Shown here one piece after another: positions 26,351 through 40,739 of a DNA stretch of 64,000 nucleotides; the first letter of the stretch is position 1; the number at the start of each line of letters is the position of its first letter. A model generated the notes under the pieces. That model was given only the letters and a program-made list of their open reading frames with translations. It did not search any database and had not been told where the DNA came from. This DNA comes from Eledone cirrhosa (lineage: Eukaryota). The position numbers were made by a program, and so were the translations under genes. Location: contig OZ024743.1 in assembly GCA_964016885.1 (NCBI GenBank), forward strand, positions 156,922,001 to 156,986,000, read 5' to 3'.

Positions 26351-28059
26351 ATAATATAGATCAGTTTTATAAACAAATATTGACATACCCTTGAAGAATA
26401 CGACGATTTCGGTTGGAAGCTCCCGGATAGTGGGGTTACTAATTATATTATTGGTCTATTATGCAAATTAGTGTCGGAGAGGTTTAAATCCGTACATTTA
26501 AATTAAGCCGTTGGAATAAGGAAAAGGAAAAAGAAAAAGAAAAAGAAAGAGAAAAAGAAAAAGAAAAAGAAAAAGAAAAAGAAAAAGAAAAAGAAAAAGA
26601 AAAGCAAACCCAAAGAAGGAAAACAAAAGAAAGAGAAAGAGAGAAAACCCTAAGTGAGAGAGGGTTGTATTAAAGTAATTTATGAGATGATGAAGCTAAA
26701 AAATAAATATTTAGTGGATCAATTACGCGGAGTAAATAAAGCGTGGATAAATAAATAAATAATAATAACCGGAGAATTTTATCTAATGTTTAAATTTGAT
26801 TAAATGTTTAATTTATCAATTAAATTATTGAGATCTATAAATTAAAAATTGAGATCTATATATTATTAAAAGAATATATATATATACTATTAAAACATAT
26901 TATTAAAATATATGTTATTATTAAATAACCATATATAAATTTATTATTAATCATCAACGAACAATTAATTATTAATTTTTCAATTAATTATCAATAACAA
27001 TTATTATAAATAATAAAAAAATTATAAGAAATAATAAAAAATAAAAAATGTTTATGTTTAAAATATATGATTAAAATATAGGAATGTTTGTAAACCGTTG
27101 GAAATTCAGAGATTTTACCGAAGAAAAATATCTTCTTAGTTATAGCAATACAGCGTCAAGGAAATTAATTGATTTATTTGTAATTTAGAAAGCTCTAAGG
27201 ATTAAATGTTATAAAGGTTAAGATGATAAATAAAGTTAAGATTATAAGAAAACGTTTTATTATTTTATAGTAAATTATAATTTTATAAATGTTATATATT
27301 TTATAAATCCACCTATTATACAGTTGTGACTGTTAAAATATAAATTTGTTTACTATAACGTCTTAATGTTTAAAGTTTGTCATAAGAATATATCTAAAGC
27401 ATAAACCATAACAAACCTTTTATATGAGTTCATTCATAGAATGTATTCAAATTATACATTTCGATACATTTCGATACACAGACATACATACATGTATACA
27501 TATACATAGACATACACATATATACACAGATATATATATATATATATACATACATACATATACACACATATATATACATATATACATATATATATATAAA
27601 TACAAAATACATAATATAAAATAAAATATGAGTTATAATTTTAAAAAGGATTATAATTTTAAAAGGAATTACAATTTTAAAAAATATAATTATATAATTT
27701 TAAAAGGAATTATATGTTTAAGCAATACAATTTTTTAAGCAATATAATTTTAAAAATATATATAAGAATATATAGAAAAAACACAGTATAAAATATGAAT
27801 TATAATTTTTTATATCCATGAGAGGAATTAACAAAAAATACTTTTTTTTAGAAACTTTCAGTATGTTTATCTTAATTTTTTATACCCTTTTTAAAATACT
27901 TTCAATATGTTTATCTAGAAGAATTTTCAAGGAAAAATGTTTAAGGAAAAATGTTTTCTTCATTCAAGAGAGCTTTTGGCAGTCGTATGAAGGAATCTAA
28001 TGATTTATCGATAGGTTTAATAAGATCAGTTATATATTACATTTTAAACTTATATTTAA

Positions 28060-29912
28060 ACGTTGAATTTAATCTATGTTTGCCGCAACTGAAAAGATTG
28101 TTCCTTAAATTCACAGAATTTTTGCTTTTTAATATAAAGAATATTTCCTCTATACAAAGAGCACAATTTTCTGAAGAAGCATTAAATGGGGGAACTTTGG
28201 AGATAATATTCCAAAGTAAAGAATAGTTAATGTTCTTTGATTTTAGGTCCCATAGTAAGCTAGATAGAGAAGTTGAAGATTTTTTATTTATATTAGTAAA
28301 AGGTCATTTATGGTTATTAAAACGAGATTTAAATCTGTGGAAGTAGAACCTACATAATTAAATGAATTTAAATTAGTTTTTACATTACAATTATATACTA
28401 TATTTTTAGCTAAACAATTGTTATTTAACGGACAGTTAGATTTATTTCTACAGTTACATTTATCAAAATTCAAGTTACTAGGAGCCGTATTATTAAATTG
28501 GATATTGCTGGGGTTGTTAATGGTATTCTGGTTAGATTTTAAGTTTCTATTATTAATTCTATTAATATTCTGTATTTTATAGTATGTCTATTAAATATTG
28601 AGTAATATCTGTGTGTTATAGGGAAGCATTTGTCCAGAGCTTTAAAGAATAGATAGCAATATCAGTTTTAATATTTAATGAGAAAGGAGGAGCGAACCAT
28701 AATATATTCCTAGTTCTATTTCTTTTTTTGTTCTTCGAATTATTGTAAGCTTTTCTATTATAATTGTCAAAATTATTGTTAGTTGTTATATTTTTATTAT
28801 CACTCTATTTAATTGTATTACTATATCCAGCTCTACCTAACGCTTCGTTGTAATACTGTGCTTTATCATCAAAAATATTCTTATTAGCTGACATCCTAGA
28901 AATGCGTTGCTGTACAGAATTTACTATAGTATTTTTAACGGATCTGGGGTGATTGGAGTTAAAATTAACGTAGTTTAAGTTCTCGTTTAATTTGTTAAAT
29001 GGATAATGAAGACATTGTGTTAAGGTTTAAGGTTACATCTAGAAAGTTAACTATTTTATAATTATTCTCTATTTCTACTTTAAGATTAAGGTAATTAAAA
29101 AATTGTATAATTTCTTTTCTTTTCCTATTTAATTCACAGTTATTATTTTCGATAAGTAATAGCATATCGCCGCGATATAAACCTCCGGTCATCTCCGGTA
29201 TTTTTCTATGTAGAGTATTATTTATAAAAAGCCCCACAAGATCCGTTATTTGGGTGGAATCAGATGACCCTATAGTGATATCGAAATTATTATATCTATC
29301 TCCTCTAGTCCAGAGGTGGTTGTTAAATTTAATTAACGTTTTCCGTGCTGTTAGGATAATGTGCATTTCATTACTAGTTAAGTCTGTATGTTTAAATGCA
29401 TATCTCAGTGCTTTATTAAGTAGATTACGAGTGATGGATGAGTAATAATTAGCAATATCCAATTGAATAAACTTATTATTATAATTAAATTTAATGTCTT
29501 TAAACCATTCGATAACTTCGTTACTTCCTTTCCATAATTTTAAATAAGATAATTCCTTAATTTGTGGTATTATTCTGTCTAAAATGTTCTTGCTAAGTAT
29601 GCCAAGGTCCGATTTAGATGGTGCAGTTAATCTAACTGGTAAGTCAATTTCAAAGTTCCTTTTGTGGTCCTTCATATTAATTTTTGGTTTCCTCGGCATG
29701 AAGGATTGTATCCTATTTTCAATGCCTAATTCCTGCATTATATAAGAAGCGTCTGTATTCAATTTTTCAAGATCGTCATTAGTTGTTATTTTGTATTTCT
29801 TCCTTAAATCCTTTAATATTAGATCGTTATAAATATCCTTTTGCATTCCATAAAGATTATTGGTTTTATCAGACTTGACTAGAATTTTTTCCGTTTTTTT
29901 CCAAGTTTTCAA
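28060..29912 (-). pseudogene. PLE RT and GIY-YIG ORF, frameshifted
   Basis: KSDKT, QLDIANYYSSI, ITIGSSDS, LYRGD (degenerate YRDD), FLDVTL, then CNCR..CPL..C..NIVY..YVGST and C-terminal CALCIEE. Confidence 0.85.
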
Positions 29913-30150
29913 TATTATTTTTGAGATATTTTAGGTAATCCTGGCCTATGAAGTTGTTTTTTTTAAATATAATGCTAGGAATGATAGAGGTGATTTCATT
30001 TTCAAAATCCATTAGTAGTTTGCTGGAATTAATTGAAAAACTAATAATTAATTGTTGATTGATGATTAATAATAAATTTATATATGGTTATCTAATAATA
30101 ACATATATTTTAATAATACTTTTTAATAGTATATATATATATTATTAAAA

Positions 30151-30191
<41 letters not shown>

Positions 30192-30430
30192 TACTACTAC
30201 TATCTCTATATATATATACTACTACTATCTCTAATCCTTCTATAGATTTAGAAAAATAACCAATAATATATTCTATAAAAAATGTCAAAACAACAGATGG
30301 GAATCTAATTACTCACTGCCACCAAGAATTCTCACTGCTATCGCAAAACCACTCCTTCAACTATTCTTCTAACAACTTCACCCCTCCCTCCTAATATTCT
30401 CTATAAAAACTAAATAGGTCCTCAGTAATA

Positions 30431-30550
30431 TTATTCTGATGAAATGACAGTAAATAATAACATTGACATATTGAATGTCTGCATAACTAAAAGTTTGTAG
30501 ATAGTAGCTGTTTTAGGTTATGTAACTGTTATAGAAACACGTGTCAATAA
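30431..30550 (+). ncRNA. Type I hammerhead ribozyme with extended stem II
   Basis: ttatt-CTGATGA-a-atgacagt...actgttat-a-GAAA-cacgtg-TC-aataa; palindrome ACACGTGT and GUC site. Confidence 0.75.
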
Positions 30551-31318
30551 ATTCCTTTCAACTAAACTGTATCCATTCAAATCTTTCTATATATATATAT
30601 ATGTATATATATATTCTTTTAATAATATATAGGTCTCAATTTTTAATTTATAGATGTCAATAATTTAATTGATAAATTAAATATTTAATCAAATTTAAAT
30701 AGTAGATAAAATTCTCTGGTTATTGTTATTTATTTATTTATCCACGCTTTATTTACTCCGCGTAATTCATCCACTATATATTTATTTTTTCGCTTCATCA
30801 GCTCATAAATTACGTTAATACAACACTCTCTCACTTAGAGTTTTCTCTCTTTCTCTTTTTTTGTTTTCCTTCTTTGGGGTTGTTATTTCTTTTTATTTTT
30901 ATTTTATTTTTATTTTTATTTTTATTTTTATTTTTATTTTTATTTTTATTTTTATTTTTATTTTAATTTTAATTTTAATTTTTATTTTTATTTTTATTTT
31001 TATTTTTATTTTTATTTTTATTTTTATTTTTATTTTTATTTTTATTTTTATTTTTATTTTTACTTTTATTTTTATTTTTATTTTTATTTTTATTTTTATT
31101 TTTATTTTTATTTTTATTTTTATTTTTATTTTTATTTTTCTGTTTACCATATTCCAACGGCTTAATTTAAATGTACGGGATTTAAACCTCTCCAACACTA
31201 ATTTGCATAATAGACCAATAATAAAATTAGTAACTCCACTATCCGGGAGCTTCCAACCGACATTGTCGCATTCTTTAAGGGTATGTCAATATTTGTTTAT
31301 AAAACTTATATATATTAT

Positions 31319-31381
31319 ATTTTATCTGATGAAAGCGCACCATAATTTGCTTTGGTGTCCTTGAAATATGTATAATGAAAT
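31319..31381 (+). ncRNA. Type I hammerhead ribozyme (PLE family B)
   Basis: attttat-CTGATGA-aagcgcacca(..)tggtgtcctt-GAAA-tatgta-TA-atgaaat; 7-bp stem I with one G-U. Confidence 0.75.
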
Positions 31382-31512
31382 AAATATGGTTTTATAAATA
31401 TAGTTTCCATTTGGTAATATATTGTATTTTTACTCCAATAATTTGTTGAGTGCTTTATATCAGTTATAAAAATGTTTGCTTGTTGTATCACAACAAATTA
31501 AATATAACTTCT

Positions 31513-32930
<1,418 letters not shown>

Positions 32931-32971
32931 CAAAACCAACATCAGAGAACGTTAAAACATGTATATATATG

Positions 32972-33120
<149 letters not shown>

Positions 33121-33169
33121 GCTACTGTACGTCTGTATACATATATGTATGTACGTATGCATACATACT

Positions 33170-33216
<47 letters not shown>

Positions 33217-33843
33217 ATATATATATGTATTGTGATTATACTGTGATTTCTGTAGCATAACATATTTTTGTAACTCCTGCTTTTCTATATGATGTCACTA
33301 ATGCTGTTAATAGTTATGTACTTATATAAATGTTCTGAAGACAAGGATATTAATCACCCGTTTAAACATTGTGTATGCTACGATGAATCCAGACATTCGT
33401 CTGGAAGAAACAATTGTCAACAATTAAATTTGACTGTTTTATATTATATATATATATATATACATGTGTGTGTGGGGGGGGGGGGGGGTGCATGCATGCA
33501 TATATACAATATTAAGCGATAAAGGTTTTTTTACATGTATTTTGGTTTCTATTGCGTATCGATCAGTTACACTCGTTGCGCAGAGGATTGACTCAAGGTC
33601 ACCGATCGAAGTTATGGACCCGACTCCAGTATCTAGCTTCTTTTAAGACTCGTGATTCAACAAAAATGCGTTGTGAGCGATGAGATATTGGGTATTAATA
33701 AAACATCGGCCCTATATATTTCCGTGGTTGTATGTGTATGTAAGTGTTTCCGTGCATAGACAGGCCTACCCGTGTATATATATACCATCAACCCATGTCG
33801 ATTCCATTTGGATTGCCTCGGAAACAACCTTATTATGTAACAA

Positions 33844-33917
33844 GCTGTCTGATGATGACACGACACTCGCACACAGAACAGTGTGGCCAGTGTCGTCATT
33901 GAAATATATATCACAGC
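33844..33917 (+). ncRNA. Type I hammerhead ribozyme
   Basis: gctgt-CTGATGA-..acgacact(..)agtgtcgt..-GAAA-tatata-TC-acagc. Confidence 0.8.
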
Positions 33918-33980
33918 ATTGTTATTAAAGGACTTGAACATCTGAAACTACTTCGCTATTCCTTATTCTATATATATAAC

Positions 33981-34673
33981 CTGTAGTATAATAATTAGTA
34001 TACTTCAATCTGGCTAAATTTTTCTTTTGCAATATATATACAGATGTGTTGGTATCTGTGTTTCATCACATACATATTAGTTTATACACGGCTCAGTGGG
34101 TATTTTCCTCCTTCGTGCTAATTCCATTGTAAAAGAATTCATTACCTTATTAATTTAACTGCTCCTAGTTTGAGCTGCAAGCCGCCTCATATATACGACT
34201 GTTATTTCTAGCAGTACGGTTATGAGACTAGTTAGATACTGTAAAACCATGTGCGTCACGCAGTCTTTTAAATTATTTAGAAGTGAAGCATATCAATTTG
34301 TCCCTGGATGTTTACTGAGGAGAGCAGGACATGATATTCCTACTCTTATTTAACTCGAAACATATTTGGATTTTAAAGTTTAAACTTATCTACGGAACAG
34401 GTTTGATTTTGAAATTTAAATGTGTCTAAACATCATAGGCCCTTGGCAATACAGTTCGTCTTTGTTGATTTATTATTTTAAATCGATATGGACAAACTGT
34501 AGTATAATAATTAGTATACTTCAATCTGGCTAAATTTTTCTTTTGCAATATCTATACAGATGTGTTGGTATCTGTGTTTCATCACATACATATTAGTTTA
34601 TACACGGCTCAGTGGGTATTTTCCTCCTTCGAGCTAATTCCATTGTAAAAGAATTCATTACCTTATTAATTTA
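33981..34673 (+). mobile_element. Terminally redundant non-coding element (516-nt period, 177-bp direct repeats), retrozyme-like
   Basis: 33981-34157 is repeated at 34497-34673. Central HHR. TA-rich flanks. Confidence 0.7.
34307..34434 (+). ncRNA. Type I hammerhead ribozyme with long stem III
   Basis: gatgttta-CTGAGGA-gag...ctc-GAAA-catatttggattttaaag...ttttgaaatttaaatgtg-TC-taaacatc; perfect 8-bp stem I and GUC site. Confidence 0.85.
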
Positions 34674-35344
34674 TATATATATATATATATATAAAGAGAT
34701 TTATGTACATATATGTATGCATGTATGTATGTTTATATATTTGTGCCTGTGTATTTTTATGGGTGTTTATATATGCCTGTGTGTACGTTAATAGGTATGG
34801 TGTGTGAGGATATGAACAGTGAAGTAAGCAACCGCAATCAGATGTTGTCAGATAAAAGTAGTTCAAAACCTGATATGAGACCATGACCACTAGATCGGGA
34901 GCTGTGGAATTAAGTACTGTATAGAATATGTATCACAAAATCAATTGACAAATCTTTCAAAACTATTTTCACCCCAAGTCCATTATCACATTCTTCATAT
35001 ACCCCTTCGCCTTCTTCTACTGCCACTACCATCTTTTCCATTCTATTTCCATCCTACTAATTCCCTTTCTCAATTAACCCCCACCATGACTCTTCCTTAA
35101 TTTGAACTGTCTTTACTATTAACTGTTTTGTTTTTGTCTGACGCACCCGTGAGAAACAGGTGGTACTCCAGAGTAACAAGTGTCAATAATTAGCCTTAAT
35201 ATGATGAATATATACATATGCATACACACACACACATACACAGACATACACATATATATGTGTGTATGTGTGTGTCGGTGTGTGTGTGTGTGTATATGTG
35301 TGTGTGTATATGTGCGTGTGTGTATCGGTGTGTTTGTGTATGTA

Positions 35345-35415
<71 letters not shown>

Positions 35416-37643
35416 GTGAGTTTTTTTTTACAAAATGAAAAATAAACGAGGTGTCCTACACGAGTGAAAGTATAAAGAAAAAGAGATGAAATCGAAAATG
35501 CAACTGGAGTCTTATTTTTTTTTTAAATATATATATTTATTTGGTTCCTTGAACGGTTTCGCAGTTCTTCTGCTTTTCAAAAGGCGAGTTGAGATGGAGG
35601 GTCTGTGGTTTTTCTCACATCTGATATATATACATTTATATATATATATACATTTAATAATACTGAACGATGTCATCCGATATGACCGATAAACCTTCGC
35701 TCTTTCTCACACCCACTCAATGCTTTAATTAAATCAGTATTATTGAGATACCAATAAGAAGGAAGCAGATTGTACAATAATACGTTAAATAGCGAGAAAA
35801 CGATTTCGTGTGGTTAGAGCATTTGATTCAGTCCATATGGATCTGGCGTGCATCGAAATTGGGTAATGTTAATAGTGTATTACGTAATCGGCTAAGATCA
35901 GCTTCATCAGCGAGGAATTAGTCTCTTCGGAATATGTCAACTATGAGCCCAATTTCATAGTGTGTAGTAGCCATTACAGTAGTAAGCTCCACTTTCAGTG
36001 TCATGTGGAAGTGAAGAGGAGTTAAGCTATTTTTGAAGACCGCGTTGGCATGTATTTTCAAATTGAAAAAAGTAAAAAATGAAAACGGTCCACGAAGCAT
36101 TTGACCAGGCCTTCTGTATAGATAGCAAAGATAAAATTGTAAACAATTAATTAACATAAAACTATAATAAACATATATCCTTGTATTTTACCATATATGA
36201 CAATGCTTCTCTGTGCATATACATCTTTAGTTTCTGTTTTATACCTACTCTGCAAATACCCTGAGACGCGGTCTCCCGATATCCGAACTGTGAACAGTTC
36301 ATACGCCGCTGAAAGCAATTATACTAACTTTACAAATTGACTTACACATAACACAATTAGAGGCGAAATAAATGTCTTTGAACAGTAGCGAAAATTAAAT
36401 TCACGTTGCTCTTGGAAATAATAGGTCGGTATGCCTAACTACATGCCATGAATGCTATCGTAAATAGACATCATTGAATATACGCCGTTTCATTCTACAT
36501 CACTGAAACCTAGGTATTTAAACGCATAAATCTAATGAAACCATTATTTTAAAAATATAAACTATTACTTATATTTCCTGAATACTATAATCAATGGAAG
36601 TCACACAATGTCACGAATGTTCGAGCCAATTTCCTGGCTTACTATCGAATGAGTAACATCAAAGGATGGGGAAATTATGCGCTCCGCTTCCCAGTTGACA
36701 GTACCCATAACACATTATTCCCAGAGAAACCATTGAAGAACTAGTGAAAGGTGTGTGGTTACATCCTGAGAGGCACATTATCTATTAAAGAACCCAAATT
36801 TAGCAGTATGTCTTGGTGTAGTAGAAAGGTAAAGCTGAAGTGGAACATTTTTGGCCTGGTATCCTGCCACAGATTATCTGGCCCCGTTTAGACTATAAAG
36901 TTTCCATATCCATATCATCAGACGTAGTCTTTATTAGGACAGTCTGTCGATGCATACGGAAGTTATTTTGACTGCCTCGTATCTTGGCTGACATTACCGT
37001 CTTTGAGTATAACAAAAAACTGAAGTCTTAAGAAGTAGTTCACGGTCCTATTGCTCAGACGATACTGTAATATCGAGAGTTCTGTGAAGGATAGGGCTTT
37101 CGGCCATTGTCAAGATCATGAAATGATGTATGTGGAGCGCAATATATTTATGGATCGTGCAAAGTAGTGATTAAAGGCCACATTACTTGCTATCGCATTG
37201 TCACATGGAAGTGTTATCTTATGCAGAAGTAGTGCTAAAGCGCATTAAAAAGCCAAGAGATTGCTAATACAAAATTTGTGGAGTGCAACGGTTCATAGCT
37301 TGAGTGAGGGAAAGTTGACCCTATATGAGAAAATTCCTAATCGAGTCTTTGTACGAAATTCTGTTTAGTTTGCCTTCTGGGAATGAGGTGGGGGACACTG
37401 GAGAACATCTTAGTCAGTTGTGGAACATTATCACTTCTGGAAAGCTATACAGAAAAATCGGCAGTGTTATACATACATACATACATACATACATACATAC
37501 ATACATACATACATACATACATACATACATACATACATACATACATACATGATGGTTGCAGCCTCGTTATCGAGTATGTCCATTGCACGAAAAAAAAATC
37601 ATTACAATAATAACAACAATAATTAAAAAAATATTTATATATA

Positions 37644-38979
37644 CTAGCAGAAGTGCCCGCGTTGCTCGGAGTTTAATTGTTTTCAAGTACTATTAATGAT
37701 TCCACTCAATTATGATTATTGAGGCAAAGAAAGTATATACGGGTAAGCAAGAAAGGAGGGGTAGCGAAACATTTCAATTGAACAGTGAATAAGTGGAAAG
37801 TGAGTATTAAGTAAGTTGTATGAAGAATGCACGTCAAATAGTAGGTCAAACATGTAAACCAAGCCGTCTGAATTATAGCACAAAAGAGCGTAAACAGGGG
37901 CGATAATTGTGGGCACACTGGAAAAAAAATCATCAAAATCGGACGTTCTTGAAAACAGTTTTTCTCATTATTTTTGTGTCTTATATTGCTAAAAACAGAG
38001 AAAATAAATTACAAAAAGGACAACAATAAAATATAATGTCTTTGTTGAGATTCAAGTAAATAAATGCTTAAGCGTCGTTATGACTACGTTTGTTGTATAA
38101 ATTAATCTGTTGCTTTTGAATACTTGTTATTTGATATAAAATGTAATGGTGTAAAATGTAATGGTCAAATACCGGTCGCTCTCCGACAGGTTTGCGGTCG
38201 TATCCGTGGCAGTGGAGACTTCTGTTGTCCTCGGTCCCACGGCTACCTCCTTACTCACCACCATAGGTGCTGAGCGGGCCAGCCGCAGGTGTGAGCGCCG
38301 TGAGTTGGAGTGGCTTTTCCACCGCGTTTACCTTGCCGTCCTCCGGGGAAACGCCTTCTCCATTCTGTCCGCCGGGGCTGTGGGTGGTCGCCATCGCGTA
38401 CCGTTGTAGTTGTTGTGTACAGATATTAACTCACTTAGAAAATGTTTTGAATGAAATGTATTTAGTTTTATCGGCTTTTTAAGTTTTGTTATTTGATTTA
38501 TGAGCGTCGTTATGACTATGTTTGTTGTTGTATAAATTGATGTGTTGCTTGGTTTTCAAAGTTTATGTCGCGTTTCTGAACGAAGTTTTGTCGCTGTTAG
38601 AGTTGCAGAGGAGATTGAGAGGGGAGTAGAGGGAGGGATGAACCTTTCAAAGAGAGTTGCAGAGGAGATTGAGAGGGGAATAGAGGGTGGGATGAATCTT
38701 TAAAAGAGAGTTGTAACATGTATGTAGTTTCATCGATTTTTTAGGGTAGTAGAGAGAAGTATTAAGTGTGAAAAAGAGAGGGTTACAGCATTTATTTAGT
38801 TTTATCCATTATTTCATAGAAGCATGAAATTGTTGGCAAAGTTTATTACGCGTTGACCATCGCTGGTAAATTTAGAGCACATTGTTAAAGAAATCATCAA
38901 AATCGTTAGAGAAATGTGGAAATGCATAAAAGTCATACACACACACAGACAGATATCTTCCGTTTTATATATAGAAAGA
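37644..38979 (-). mobile_element. Non-autonomous Helitron
   Basis: Minus strand starts A|TCtttctatatataaa and ends with GC-rich ccgagcaacgcggg..CTAG|T. No TSD. Confidence 0.7.
38161..38409 (+). pseudogene. C-terminal REL endonuclease fragment of a CRE-like non-LTR element
   Basis: KYRSL..F..VAVETS.VLGP.A..LL..IG...RE..WLF.R..LA..RGNA.SIL. GC-rich island in AT-rich DNA. Confidence 0.65.
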
Positions 38980-39372
38980 TAACCTCTGTAATTTATTTAC
39001 ATTATTCTTAATACGGGGTCGATAAAATAAAGTACCAGTAATTCACTGGGTAATTGCTGGCCTTGGGTCAAAAGTAGAATCAATCATTCTGAATAAATAG
39101 AATTTAATTCTACGACATCATTTATACCATAAACGTGGTTTTGTCTTTGCGTGTAATCTTTCTCAACGTACAACATAATGACGTATTATCTTCGTTTTTT
39201 TTTCGTTCTTTGTCAGGGAACGTCTCCACGAACCAAAGTATCGTCTTCCTTCGGCTGAAAAGTATTTTGAAATATTTACTTCTGCGTTCACAGATTGATT
39301 TTTTTAGTTTCAGAAGATCCCGTTGACGGTGAATGCAGCGATTATTTGCTTAAACTTAAATCTGTTATTTTA

Positions 39373-39456
<84 letters not shown>

Positions 39457-39760
39457 CGTAAAACAAGAAAATTATAAAATTAACTTACTAAAATATCACT
39501 TCCAACTAATTAGTTTCTGGAATGGAATAAATATATTTTCCGAAGAAGTTACAGGCCGCAGTCTTATTAGCAAACCACTTTCCACTGATTGACCTCGATG
39601 TCACGTGATTGATCCTTTTTGAATTTGCCACCGACGCAGAGACAGTGATTTTCTCAATGGCTAGGAATTCAGTCCACGCTTTGCTATTTCCTATCCACTG
39701 AATTATTTTTTAATAAGTTTCCAGTGTCCACGCTTTGCCTGGCTACTTAGATGAGAATAG

Positions 39761-39842
39761 ACTTCCCTGACGACGGAATGCTTCTCCGTATCTTCTTCGG
39801 AAAATATATTTATTCCATTCCAGAAACTAATTAGTTGGAAGT
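39761..39842 (+). ncRNA. Type I hammerhead ribozyme (R1)
   Basis: acttcc-CTGACGA-c-ggaatg...cattcc-a-GAAA-ctaattag-TT-ggaagt. Confidence 0.8.
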
Positions 39843-40282
39843 GATATTTTAGTAAGTAAGTTAATTTTATAATTTTCTTATTTTACGTCTCTCATATTAT
39901 TGTTCTGCAACCCCATGCATTGAACCACAACGTTACTAAGACAAAACCTATATATTTGCTAGCATTGATATGCATCTGTATGTATATATATGTTACTAGA
40001 TATTAATTCTTTATAATTATCTCCAAATTATTTGTCGAGCAATATTGGCCATGACTGCTGCTATGGTAGCAGGCAGGCCGCAGTCTTATTAGCAAACCAC
40101 TTTCCACTGATTGACCTCGATGTCACGTGATTGATTCTTTTTGAATTTGCCACCGACGCAGAGGCTGTGATTTTCTCAATGGCTAGGAATTCAGTCCACG
40201 CTTTGCTATTTCCTATCCACTGAATTATTTTTTAATAAGTTTCCAGTGTCCACGCTTTGCCTGGATACTTAGATGAGAATAG

Positions 40283-40364
40283 ACTTCCCTGACGACGGAA
40301 TGCTTCTCTGTATCTTCTTCGGAAAATATATTAATTCCATTCCAGAAACTAATTAGTTGGAAGT
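40283..40364 (+). ncRNA. Type I hammerhead ribozyme (R1, second tandem copy)
   Basis: Same motif exactly 522 nt downstream. Confidence 0.8.
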
Positions 40365-40530
40365 GATATTTTGGTAAGTAAGTTAATTTTATAATTTTCT
40401 TATTTTACGTCTCTCATATTATTGTTCTGCAGCCCCATGCATTGAACCACAAAGTTACTAAGACAAAACCTATATATTTGCTAGCATTGATATGCATCTG
40501 TATGTATATATATGTTACTAGATATTAATT

Positions 40531-40577
<47 letters not shown>

Positions 40578-40683
40578 AATGGAAAAGAATGAAACGAAAT
40601 TTCATTTATCACTCTTAGTACGGCTGATACTTAAATATAAGTATCTATACGTACATACATATATGTATACAGACGTACAGTAG

Positions 40684-40739
<56 letters not shown>

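Larger units (their letters stand above)
26243..31512 (-). mobile_element. Penelope-like element family B (Naiad-like) with long inverted pseudo-LTRs
   Basis: 26243-26995 is inverted relative to 30036-30150 plus 30610-31426. Internal RT and GIY-YIG on the minus strand. One HHR in each arm. Confidence 0.85.
39449..40536 (+). mobile_element. Tandem 522-nt HHR-containing units with an inverted terminal fragment (retrozyme-like family R1)
   Basis: Units start at 39552 and 40074. 39449-39548 is an inverted copy of about 39793-39897. (TA)n on both sides. Confidence 0.8.

Noticed and set aside
28060-28480. Selenocysteine recoding, reported for some Naiad PLEs
   Set aside because: The conserved Cys positions I could read are TGT/TGC; I saw no in-frame TGA at a Cys site and no identifiable SECIS.
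35890-35920. CTGATGA on the minus strand, also at about 57780, as a hammerhead core
   Set aside because: There is no correctly placed GAAA or stem I. The sequences translate as FLADEADL and FPADDAPL, so they are more likely ancient RT (FADD) remnants.
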